A DNA stretch of 64,000 bases from Minutocellus sp. GHC0000111 (lineage: Eukaryota): positions 930,001 to 994,000 of the forward strand of contig OZ361259.1 in NCBI GenBank assembly GCA_977018835.1. Direction: 5' to 3'. Below are positions 28,665-40,025 of this stretch, piece after piece (the stretch's first letter is position 1; each line of letters starts with the position of its first letter). The notes under the pieces were generated by a model, which did no database searches, was not told the origin of the DNA, and saw nothing but the letters and a program-made list of their open reading frames with translations. The position numbers were made by a program, and so were the translations under genes.

Positions 28665-30945
28665 CTACCTACGAGTAGCAGTAGGAAATTCGGAGGGAAT
28701 CGCCGAAGGACTGTCTGAAGGAAATTCGGAGGGAATCTCCGAAGGACTGTCTGAAGGAAATTCGGAGGGAATCGCCGAAGGAGCATCGGATGGCAACGTG
28801 GAAGGAATACTCAAAGATTCTGACGGAGATGTGGACGGAACATCGGAAGTCTTGGAGGGTGTAGCCGAGGGAGCCTTTGTCAGAGCCGGAGTTGGAGGGA
28901 CGGGGGTGAAAAAATTGGACTTGCTCTTGGATCTGCTGCTGCCACCGGACGTGCTCTTGGATCTGCTGCTGCCACCAGAAGACTTGCTACCTCCGGACTT
29001 GGGCTTGCTCCTGGGGACAACAATTAGGCTATTGGGTCCACGAGTAAGGCCCTTCGGAACAGCTTTGTCAAAAGCGGGATTGACGACAGGAAGGCCTGTG
29101 CCTGGATCGAGGCTGAATGGAAGAACTCCCCGAGGATCAAGGAGTTCAGTGAATTCCTGCTCCACCGTGGCTGCAATATTACTTGGATTTTGAGTGTCCA
29201 GGGAGGCAAGAACGCTATAGGTAGTGAAAATAAATCCAGGGGTGTAAGGAGAAGGTGCAAGGAAGTCTCCAATCTTCTGCATCAGTTTGCCAGTAAAAAA
29301 GTAGTTGAAGATTTCAGCTGGGCAGCGGCGATAACCGAGACCAAAGGGGCAGTACTTGGGCTTATCGAAAACGGGAATAAATTTCTTATGAGAAGAAGGA
29401 ATGATCGTTTGACCGTCAAGATCAGATGGCTTGAGATTTCCGGCAGAAGCTGGACAATTCTTTGGAATGAAGTCAGCGTAGCGGATAGTGTTGTACTCGG
29501 CAGCTGAAGTTTCAAAGGTGGCTGGGTCAAAGTTGTCGTTCAGGGCTTGGATTACTAAGGGGATATGGTATGATGGCGACGGGTCATAGCTTTCATCAGC
29601 TATTATTTTTTGACATAAGTCAGTGTGGTAGTAGCAGCACAGATGCATGTAGAATCATGGGGAAGAGGAATTAAATTAGAATGAGCAGAAACATTTCACA
29701 AACAACAAGGGAAAAATCAAGGCCAAAAGACCAAGTGTAAAATGTTGTACATGCACTCACCTAGGGTAAGATTTTTGTTTGCCCCCTCGGCCTTTTGGGC
29801 GGTACTCAACCATATGTCATTTGGCAGCAGCAGACGGAACACCTCACGTACAACGTTTATGCGCTCGTCGTCGGAAGGAGCGGCCTCGTACTTTGAAAAG
29901 AAGTCGATTGGAGGGAACGGCTTGAGGAGGTCAGCGGCGGTGTTGCCAGTAAATTTCTCGACATTGAGATATCCTGGAGCTGGAATGTTCAGTCCAACAA
30001 GTTCTGTGGCAAACTTATCAACGGCGAGCTTGTAGAGAGTATTGACAAATTGGCCGAAAGCAAGGGCATTGTGCGCAGCCTCAACGATGATGGACTCAGC
30101 AGGAATGCCAGCTTCGATAAAAACGAAAAGCAAAGGGGACCAAATAATGTGTGTTAGTTATGGATATGAATCTTGCTATACGGTGGTGAATTGATGATAT
30201 GAATCACCACGATCTTGAGATAATTTCATCAATGTGTAATGCATTACAATCGATGGTAAAATTGAAAACAAAAGCTTACCCAAGTTCCACCAGTACACAA
30301 AAGTACTTTTGTCCTCTGCGTCGACAACCATATTACGACGTTCTTCGTAATACCCCGTAACGAACGGCTCAAGGCATGTGAGGGTTGCCATTGTGTCATT
30401 TCGTAGACCAAGACTGCCTCGCCCGATATCAGACAATAGGTCTCGCTGCAAGACAAGATAGTCTTTGACAAAGCTAGGATGATCAGCTTCTCCGAAATGA
30501 ATATCGAGAAGTAGCTGGAAAACAATGTCATCCCAAGCGCTGATAATGTTCGTTGCGACACCCTCGGACGCGAGCTGCTCGCTCATGAATTTAGTGAATC
30601 CATCGATGGCCTTATCAATCTTAGGTTCGTAGTACTGCAGCTTGTCACACGTCAAAGCTGACATGTACTGCTTCTTCAACTGGTTGTCTGGTCCGCGATC
30701 TTCAAGGTTGGTAAGAAAGACGGTATTTTTGCCATCTCCTGATTTCAAAGTAGTCGGATCTAAATTGACCAAACTGAGCAGGAAAAACGGCACACCACCA
30801 AATTTTTGGTGGCCAACATCTTTGTACTGCGGGTCAAGGCCGGGAGTGTCGGGAATTCCTTCAACGCTCTGCCCAAAGGCAGATGGAATAGTGTTGGCGA
30901 ACCAAGGGAGAGGAAAATCTTTGTTGATTGGCTCGGGGCCGATTC
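28665..30945 (-). pseudogene. Type A truncated P450 copy (2 copies of 30-bp VNTR)
   Basis: Junction A at 30945/30946. Confidence 0.85.
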
Positions 30946-31194
30946 ATGGTGCCTGGCAAAGGAACCAGATGGAGGGAGGATGGGGGCCACACCGACCATA
31001 GCCATGCCCACACACAAGAGCTCTCCAAAATTGCTTTCCAGAAAAATGGTGGCGCCACAAAGATTGAATTATGAACCCTCAACACCAGAGAGTACCAACC
31101 ACAATCTTGGGGGGAAAATACTGGTAGACCTAAGGTCAATTGGATGATGTGACTTTTCTTGGAAATAGAGATTACTATGAACAAACTAGCTAGT

Positions 31195-33625
31195 CTACCT
31201 ACGAGTAGCAGTAGGAAATTCGGAGGGAATCGCCGAAGGACTGTCTGAAGGAAATTCGGAGGGCGTCTCCGAAGGACTGTCTGAAGGAAATTCGGAGGGA
31301 ATCGCCGAAGGAGCATCGGATGGCAACGTGGAAGGAATACTCAAAGATTCTGACGGAGATGTGGACGGAACATCGGAAGTCTTGGAGGGTGTAGCCGAGG
31401 GAGCCTTTGTCAGAGCCGGAGTTGGAGGGACGGGGGTGAAAAAATTGGACTTGCTCTTGGATCTGCTGCTGCCACCGGACGTGCTCTTGGATCTGCTGCT
31501 GCCACCGGACGTGCTCTTGGATCTGCTGCTGCCACCGGACGTGCTCTTGGATCTGCTGCTGCCACCGGACGTGCTCTTGGATCTGCTGCTGCCACCGGAC
31601 GTGCTCTTGGATCTGCTGCTGCCACCGGACGTGCTCTTGGATCTGCTGCTGCCACCAGAAGACTTGCTACCTCCGGACTTGGGCTTGCTCCTGGGGACAA
31701 CAATTAGGCTATTGGGTCCACGAGTAAGGCCCTTCGGAACAGCTTTGTCAAAAGCGGGATTGACGACAGGAAGGCCTGTGCCTGGATCGAGGCTGAATGG
31801 AAGAACTCCCCGAGGATCAAGGAGTTCAGTGAATTCCTGCTCCACCGTGGCTGCAATATTACTTGGATTTTGAGTGTCCAGGGAGGCAAGAACGCTATAG
31901 GTAGTGAAAATAAATCCAGGGGTGTAAGGAGAAGGTGCAAGGAAGTCTCCAATCTTCTGCATCAGTTTGCCAGTAAAAAAGTAGTTGAAGATTTCAGCTG
32001 GGCAGCGGCGATAACCGAGACCAAAGGGGCAGTACTTGGGCTTATCGAAAACGGGAATAAATTTCTTATGAGAAGAAGGAATGATCGTTTGACCGTCAAG
32101 ATCAGATGGCTTGAGATTTCCGGCAGAAGCTGGACAATTCTTTGGAATGAAGTCAGCGTAGCGGATAGTGTTGTACTCGGCAGCTGAAGTTTCAAAGGTG
32201 GCTGGGTCAAAGTTGTCGTTCAGGGCTTGGATTACTAAGGGGATATGGTATGATGGCGACGGGTCATAGCTTTCATCAGCTATTATTTTTTGACATAAGT
32301 CAGTGTGGTAGTAGCAGCACAGATGCATGTAGAATCATGGGGAAGAGGAATTAAATTAGAATGAGCAGAAACATTTCACAAACAACAAGGGAAAAATCAA
32401 GGCCAAAAGACCAAGTGTAAAATGTTGTACATGCACTCACCTAGGGTAAGATTTTTGTTTGCCCCCTCGGCCTTTTGGGCGGTACTCAACCATATGTCAT
32501 TTGGCAGCAGCAGACGGAACACCTCACGTACAACGTTTATGCGCTCGTCGTCGGAAGGAGCGGCCTCGTACTTTGAAAAGAAGTCGATTGGAGGGAACGG
32601 CTTGAGGAGGTCAGCGGCGGTGTTGCCAGTAAATTTCTCGACATTGAGATATCCTGGAGCTGGAATGTTCAGTCCAACAAGTTCTGTGGCAAACTTATCA
32701 ACGGCGAGCTTGTAGAGAGTATTGACAAATTGGCCGAAAGCAAGGGCATTGTGCGCAGCCTCAACGATGATGGACTCAGCAGGAATGCCAGCTTCGATAA
32801 AAACGAAAAGCAAAGGGGACCAAATAATGTGTGTTAGTTATGGATATGAATCTTGCTATACGGTGGTGAATTGATGATATGAATCACCACGATCTTGAGA
32901 TAATTTCATCAATGTGTAATGCATTACAATCGATGGTAAAATTGAAAACAAAAGCTTACCCAAGTTCCACCAGTACACAAAAGTACTTTTGTCCTCTGCG
33001 TCGACAACCATATTACGACGTTCTTCGTAATACCCCGTAACGAACGGCTCAAGGCATGTGAGGGTTGCCATTGTGTCATTTCGTAGACCAAGACTGCCTC
33101 GCCCGATATCAGACAATAGGTCTCGCTGCAAGACAAGATAGTCTTTGACAAAGCTAGGATGATCAGCTTCTCCGAAATGAATATCGAGAAGTAGCTGGAA
33201 AACAATGTCATCCCAAGCGCTGATAATGTTCGTTGCGACACCCTCGGACGCGAGCTGCTCGCTCATGAATTTAGTGAATCCATCGATGGCCTTATCAATC
33301 TTAGGTTCGTAGTACTGCAGCTTGTCACACGTCAAAGCTGACATGTACTGCTTCTTCAACTGGTTGTCTGGTCCGCGATCTTCAAGGTTGGTAAGAAAGA
33401 CGGTATTTTTGCCATCTCCTGATTTCAAAGTAGTCGGATCTAAATTGACCAAACTGAGCAGGAAAAACGGCACACCACCAAATTTTTGGTGGCCAACATC
33501 TTTGTACTGCGGGTCAAGGCCGGGAGTGTCGGGAATTCCTTCAACGCTCTGCCCAAAGGCAGATGGAATAGTGTTGGCGAACCAAGGGAGAGGAAAATCT
33601 TTGTTGATTGGCTCGGGGCCGATTC
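31195..33625 (-). pseudogene. Type A 5'-truncated P450 copy (lacks first ~147 codons)
   Basis: Matches the intact gene up to the equivalent of 36305, then joins 24 nt of the element (gattc|atggtgcc); both introns retained. Confidence 0.85.
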
Positions 33626-33874
33626 ATGGTGCCTGGCAAAGGAACCAGATGGAGGGAGGATGGGGGCCACACCGACCATAGCCATGCCCACACACAAGAG
33701 CTCTCCAAAATTGCTTTCCAGAAAAATGGTGGCGCCACAAAGATTGAATTATGAACCCTCAACACCAGAGAGTACCAACCACAATCTTGGGGGGAAAATA
33801 CTGGTAGACCTAAGGTCAATTGGATGATGTGACTTTTCTTGGAAATAGAGATTACTATGAACAAACTAGCTAGT

Positions 33875-36747
33875 CTACCTACGAGTAGCAGTAGGAAATT
33901 CGGAGGGAATCGCCGAAGGACTGTCTGAAGGAAATTCGGAGGGCGTCTCCGAAGGACTGTCTGAAGGAAATTCGGAGGGAATCGCCGAAGGAGCATCGGA
34001 TGGCAACGTGGAAGGAATACTCAAAGATTCTGACGGAGATGTGGACGGAACATCGGAAGTCTTGGAGGGTGTAGCCGAGGGAGCCTTTGTCAGAGCCGGA
34101 GTTGGAGGGACGGGGGTGAAAAAATTGGACTTGCTCTTGGATCTGCTGCTGCCACCGGACGTGCTCTTGGATCTGCTGCTGCCACCGGACGTGCTCTTGG
34201 ATCTGCTGCTGCCACCGGACGTGCTCTTGGATCTGCTGCTGCCACCGGACGTGCTCTTGGATCTGCTGCTGCCACCGGACGTGCTCTTGGATCTGCTGCT
34301 GCCACCGGACGTGCTCTTGGATCTGCTGCTGCCACCAGAAGACTTGCTACCTCCGGACTTGGGCTTGCTCCTGGGGACAACAATTAGGCTATTGGGTCCA
34401 CGAGTAAGGCCCTTCGGAACAGCTTTGTCAAAAGCGGGATTGACGACAGGAAGGCCTGTGCCTGGATCGAGGCTGAATGGAAGAACTCCCCGAGGATCAA
34501 GGAGTTCAGTGAATTCCTGCTCCACCGTGGCTGCAATATTACTTGGATTTTGAGTGTCCAGGGAGGCAAGAACGCTATAGGTAGTGAAAATAAATCCAGG
34601 GGTGTAAGGAGAAGGTGCAAGGAAGTCTCCAATCTTCTGCATCAGTTTGCCAGTAAAAAAGTAGTTGAAGATTTCAGCTGGGCAGCGGCGATAACCGAGA
34701 CCAAAGGGGCAGTACTTGGGCTTATCGAAAACGGGAATAAATTTCTTATGAGAAGAAGGAATGATCGTTTGACCGTCAAGATCAGATGGCTTGAGATTTC
34801 CGGCAGAAGCTGGACAATTCTTTGGAATGAAGTCAGCGTAGCGGATAGTGTTGTACTCGGCAGCTGAAGTTTCAAAGGTGGCTGGGTCAAAGTTGTCGTT
34901 CAGGGCTTGGATTACTAAGGGGATATGGTATGATGGCGACGGGTCATAGCTTTCATCAGCTATTATTTTTTGACATAAGTCAGTGTGGTAGTAGCAGCAC
35001 AGATGCATGTAGAATCATGGGGAAGAGGAATTAAATTAGAATGAGCAGAAACATTTCACAAACAACAAGGGAAAAATCAAGGCCAAAAGACCAAGTGTAA
35101 AATGTTGTACATGCACTCACCTAGGGTAAGATTTTTGTTTGCCCCCTCGGCCTTTTGGGCGGTACTCAACCATATGTCATTTGGCAGCAGCAGACGGAAC
35201 ACCTCACGTACAACGTTTATGCGCTCGTCGTCGGAAGGAGCGGCCTCGTACTTTGAAAAGAAGTCGATTGGAGGGAACGGCTTGAGGAGGTCAGCGGCGG
35301 TGTTGCCAGTAAATTTCTCGACATTGAGATATCCTGGAGCTGGAATGTTCAGTCCAACAAGTTCTGTGGCAAACTTATCAACGGCGAGCTTGTAGAGAGT
35401 ATTGACAAATTGGCCGAAAGCAAGGGCATTGTGCGCAGCCTCAACGATGATGGACTCAGCAGGAATGCCAGCTTCGATAAAAACGAAAAGCAAAGGGGAC
35501 CAAATAATGTGTGTTAGTTATGGATATGAATCTTGCTATACGGTGGTGAATTGATGATATGAATCACCACGATCTTGAGATAATTTCATCAATGTGTAAT
35601 GCATTACAATCGATGGTAAAATTGAAAACAAAAGCTTACCCAAGTTCCACCAGTACACAAAAGTACTTTTGTCCTCTGCGTCGACAACCATATTACGACG
35701 TTCTTCGTAATACCCCGTAACGAACGGCTCAAGGCATGTGAGGGTTGCCATTGTGTCATTTCGTAGACCAAGACTGCCTCGCCCGATATCAGACAATAGG
35801 TCTCGCTGCAAGACAAGATAGTCTTTGACAAAGCTAGGATGATCAGCTTCTCCGAAATGAATATCGAGAAGTAGCTGGAAAACAATGTCATCCCAAGCGC
35901 TGATAATGTTCGTTGCGACACCCTCGGACGCGAGCTGCTCGCTCATGAATTTAGTGAATCCATCGATGGCCTTATCAATCTTAGGTTCGTAGTACTGCAG
36001 CTTGTCACACGTCAAAGCTGACATGTACTGCTTCTTCAACTGGTTGTCTGGTCCGCGATCTTCAAGGTTGGTAAGAAAGACGGTATTTTTGCCATCTCCT
36101 GATTTCAAAGTAGTCGGATCTAAATTGACCAAACTGAGCAGGAAAAACGGCACACCACCAAATTTTTGGTGGCCAACATCTTTGTACTGCGGGTCAAGGC
36201 CGGGAGTGTCGGGAATTCCTTCAACGCTCTGCCCAAAGGCAGATGGAATAGTGTTGGCGAACCAAGGGAGAGGAAAATCTTTGTTGATTGGCTCGGGGCC
36301 GATTCCACGGAATATTGGTGAACTGTATCCAATCCCGGGGGCAACTCGCTTTGCCTCGAGTTCAAATAGCAGGCGAATGTAATCAGCCGTTTCAGCTGAG
36401 TTGACACATGCATCGAGATCGGCAGTAGAGAACGACGAGGCGGAAGATTCACTTGAAGAATCTCCCCCCCAATTGAAGTTAGACTTGCTCCTACTCTTGG
36501 ACTTGCTTCCACTTCCAGAGACAGCAGTTGGAGTCACCATCATAGTTGGAGCAACATTTGAACCTCCGCTGCTCTTCGAGCCTCCGCTGCTCTTGTGGCT
36601 CTTCATGCTGCTGCCACTTTGCAAGTCTCTTTTCTTGCCGCCCTTCAGCCTGTCGGGGAGAATGCTTGGCACATTCCCCCACTCATTGTCCGCAAAAACG
36701 CTGGAATCAAAGAGGACTGCGGTCAAAAACACGAAAAAAGCCTTCAT
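33875..36747 (-). CDS. Cytochrome P450-fold protein with signal peptide, RXL propeptide, silaffin-like Lys/Ser/Gly repeats and Ser/Pro-rich tail; exons 36747-35640, 35471-35121, 34959-33875; 847 aa
   Basis: ATG at 36747 (MKAFFVFLTAVLFDSSVFA). Two phase-1 GT-AG introns (35639-35472 gtaagc..gaag; 35120-34960 gtgagt..atag) join the three ORFs in frame (1108+351+1085=2544 nt). P450 motifs appear in the correct order: I-helix EAAHNALAFGQF, K-helix EVFR, PERF-like FDPATF, heme loop PFGLGYRRCPAE. Confidence 0.88.
34127..34337 (-). repeat. Coding 30-bp VNTR (GGSSRSKSTS)n; 7 units in the intact gene, 2-8 in copies
   Basis: Exact repeat ggacgtgctcttggatctgctgctgccacc. Confidence 0.95.
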
Positions 36748-36815
36748 TTTGTGTGGTGTCCGATCAGATAACGGCAGCTCCCGTGTTAATACTAGTACAT
36801 ATTGCACCTTTTCTG

Positions 36816-36901
36816 ATCAAATTAAAGTGTTTCCCTTTATGAATTTAATGAATTTAAGAGAAAGAATCAAATTAAAGTGTTTCCCTTTATGAATTTAATG
36901 A
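36816..36901. repeat. 36-bp exact direct repeat upstream of the P450 ATG
   Basis: atcaaattaaagtgtttccctttatgaatttaatga at 36816 and 36866. Confidence 0.9.
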
Positions 36902-36992
36902 TTTTGGAGAAGAATTATGAGTGGAGCGAGTCTTCAACTGATGAGTCGAGTGAGTCCGAGCTGCTGGTGCAAAACAAGCGTCCATCAGAGTT

Positions 36993-37799
36993 TTGCCGTC
37001 GTCCAAATTACATGTTTCCAAAGCTACGCAGGATGGCAAAGCTACACATGATAGAAAGATTCACCACGCAGCAATCATAGCAGTCAATCCAGATAGCAAA
37101 GAAAGATTCCTTGCCTTGTGGAGTCAGTTGGAATGTTTTTTCGGTAACAACGACAAGTTTGGTGAAGTGATGATTTCAGCACCGTCGTGGGCAAAGAGGG
37201 AAGGATTAATTGAGCCATTCCTCAAAAATGCCAAGGAAACCCTGCCGCACTTCAAGGATGGGTCCATTTCTTTATCATTGCAGTATTACACGAATGATCG
37301 CTATGATGTCGGGCTGTGGTGTGATGCGTTGTTGAACGAAGGTGATGAGAACTTGGACGGCATTAAATCGCAGTTTATCTTAGATCGAACTTCAGGCTCT
37401 TTTGTTGGTCATTAATGACTCCATCATGGCAGTAGAAAGAGATTGGACTCAAGTATTGGATGTACTGAATGAAAAACAGTTGAACATGACTTCACTGAGC
37501 TATTCTCTTCAGGGAGGTTATTGGTTGGAAAGTGTTTTCCTTGGTTTCAGCAAAAAAGGATGATGAAATTTACAGAATATGCTTGCAAAGAAAAAAACAT
37601 TTCAGAAAGGTGTCCCATGGCAGGGACAAATATTCATGAATACAAGAGATGTGTTGTGGAGAAGTATGAAATATACATTGGGCAGGAGCTCTTTCAAAGG
37701 CATGAAGTTTGGGGCATTTATCCGTCAGATTCGCCACGAGGAATTTTGGCGAAAGCCAAAAACCTCGACACAAACGCTATTGGAAGATCTACTTGGTGA
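36993..37799 (+). pseudogene. Frameshifted remnant, possibly rhamnan-synthesis-F (RgpF)-like glycan-active protein
   Basis: Motifs NDRYDVGLW, LLVINDS, YWLESVFLGF and KRCVVEKYEI fall in three reading segments separated by frameshifts near 37390 and 37555. Confidence 0.45.
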
Positions 37800-38865
37800 G
37801 TGATTGTATTCACGAAGGCAGAACAGTTGGAAGTATTTGTCGATGAAAATCTGACCTTGTGTTTGCTTCTACCTCCAATTGTTTTTTTGTCCGTTGTCAA
37901 GGGTAATGAATCCAGCATATTACAAATACTTGCGCGAGAAGCTAAAATTTCCTGTCCTGAAAGTAAGTTAATGAAATAAATTGACTTCTTCACCCATTTT
38001 ACCAGCAAACTTTGTTCATACTTAACGATAATGTGTCTGACTTTCAATCTATTTTCTCTGACCAATGAACTACACACCTAAATGAAAACAAACAAAGGTA
38101 TCGAATCCATCTTATTTCTTTCCTAAATTTTACTACAACAAAAAATGGAAAGGCATTCTGGGAACATGCACGACACTACTTGATAAAAAACTGCTGAATC
38201 CGATGGGTGAACGAATACACAAGAGCGGTAAGCGAAGTCCAAAATATGAGAAATGGAAGTATTTAGATTTTCTCCAAGAAGAAGATTTCAAGAATAGAGA
38301 TCTCAAGAAGAAATGGAAGAATTGAACGAAGTCTTGCATGTTATAGCCGGTGATCATCCGCATCCACCGGACATGCCCAAAATATCATAGGAGATGCTGT
38401 TAGCCGGCCAAAGTACTATTGTATCTCATAATGAACATCAAATATTACCCCGCGGAAGCGATCGGTGGAATAGGTTGACGGACATTCGAAGGCATCACGA
38501 GCAGATTGGAATTCCTCTCAATAAGGTAACCCACATTGCATGACAGCTGACTGTATTGGAATTGCTATGATTCGATGCTACGTGTGCCGCCAATGTCACA
38601 ATTAAAAGTCAGCAATAAATAAGTAGGAATCAATGCTTTTTACTGTGGCACCAGTAAATTAAATCAATTAAATAAAATAGTTGAAGGTGCATCTATAGAT
38701 GGGCATTTGTTTCAGTAGCATAGCATGGCATGACACAGCTGATGCATGCTGGTCATCTATTTGTACATGTATACTTTAAGCTGCATATTCTTGCCGCCGC
38801 TCTCGTCCCCTCGGGCATCGTCTGTGCGTCGTTTATGCTCGCCTCGGGCCCGCGCTCTTTCTTCA

Positions 38866-39150
38866 GCACATGTTTTCGAGGGTGAGAAATATTATTTCTT
38901 CAAGTCCTACTACGTCGACGACGCCACATTCACATTGTTGAACCGTGAAGACGCCATTAGAGCTACAAAACTTATCGTCTCCCATTTCAAGCGATTCAGC
39001 CTGACAGTACACACCGATAGTAGATCCCTCGAAGAAGGTTCCAAGACAGAAGCCCTGTACATCCCGCCACCTAGGAAGGAACCGTGCACTGAGGAGGAGC
39101 TACTGGCAGCAACTGCTGACATTGTCATCGACGATGATCCTAATTGCCAC
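38866..39150 (+). mobile_element. Non-LTR retrotransposon reverse transcriptase fragment
   Basis: YYVDD catalytic motif followed by HFKRFSLTVH...SKTEALYIP, typical of LINE RT domains 5-7. Confidence 0.7.
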
Positions 39151-39710
39151 AAGAAGCAGTGACTTGTGCAAGAACACTCTAAAAACCCTCAAAGCCTGCA
39201 CAAGGCCCAGCACAGAACCACTGCTGGAAGGCACAAGAAGAGATACTGAGATAGAACAGGTGGTGGCTGCAATGGCAACCTTTCCTGGGGAAGACAGAGC
39301 AGGGCGGTGGTCCCTGGGCAGCAGACAGCGCTTCATTCATGCCGCCTGGGGGTGGAAGAGGAGCTGTAGGAGGGGCAGAGGGGAATGCATCAGCTGGGAA
39401 TGCATCAGCTGGACTGATGGCGCAAGAACTCCTTGCTGCGCTGATGTTTTCTCTGTAGTGCATCTAGCTTGTGTGGCCACCGTAGTTGCACAATTGTTCT
39501 TACTTTAGTTGCATGTTCAACTTGAAAAAGGAATGAAGGAGAGAAGTAAAGATTCGCCTCATCAACCTCTGTGCCAGGCAGGTGACTCTCTCTGTGGTGT
39601 TCGCTTCGCCAAATTTGGGAACAGTAGACATCAGATTGTTTAAGGGATGAAAGTGGTGCGTCATAGATCTGTCTTTCAGTTCGTTCTATTAAGTGAGTCT
39701 GGTGCTAGTA

Positions 39711-40025
39711 GGTTAGGGTTAGGGTTAGGCAATTGGAGAAGCTTTGCCTTTGCTATGTTATGGTTCAACAGCATTTTCGTGTATCTTTGTGCTATGTATT
39801 CAATTTCAAAGAGCAATGCCATTTCACTCTTTGTGGAACTTGAGACCATGATAGCTAGTAGGCAATTGGCAATTGGAGAAGCTTTGCCTTTGCTATGTTA
39901 TGGTTCAACAGCATTTTCGTGTATCTTTGTGCTATGTATTCAATTTCTCAAAGAGCAATTCCTTTGCATTGCCATTTCACTCTTTGTGGAACTTGATGAC
40001 CATGATATTGGGGTTAGGGTTAGGG
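39711..40025. repeat. Segment bounded by short (TTAGGG)n tracts, containing a ~120-bp imperfect direct duplication
   Basis: ggttagggttagggttagg at 39711; gggttagggttaggg at 40011; caattggagaagctttgcc... at ~39730 and ~39870. Confidence 0.8.

Larger units (their letters stand above)
1..36305 (-). repeat. Head-to-tail tandem array of partial copies of the P450 gene; continues past the left window edge
   Basis: The same stop-codon region recurs at 313, 1631, 4127, 6623, 9119, 11703, 12991, 14309, 16893, 18211, 20799, 22243, 24827, 27381, 28665, 31195 and 33875. Right-to-left order: full, A, A, B, A, A, B, A, B, A, B, B, A, C, C, C, B. Near-identical units of ~1.3 kb (B), 2496 bp (C) and ~2.5-2.7 kb (A). 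Confidence 0.97.

Noticed and set aside
1..33625. Array interpreted as dosage amplification of 17 functional P450 genes
   Set aside because: All copies but one lack the promoter, start codon, signal peptide and first ~147 codons or more.
35536..35639. ORF-track ends and starts such as GKLLFSILPS..., MLFVFIE and MHLCCYY
   Set aside because: Read-through into introns with clear GT-AG sites and branch-like motifs.
36690..36747. Plastid bipartite targeting of the P450
   Set aside because: The predicted cleavage site is followed by D, not the ASAFAP-type aromatic residue.
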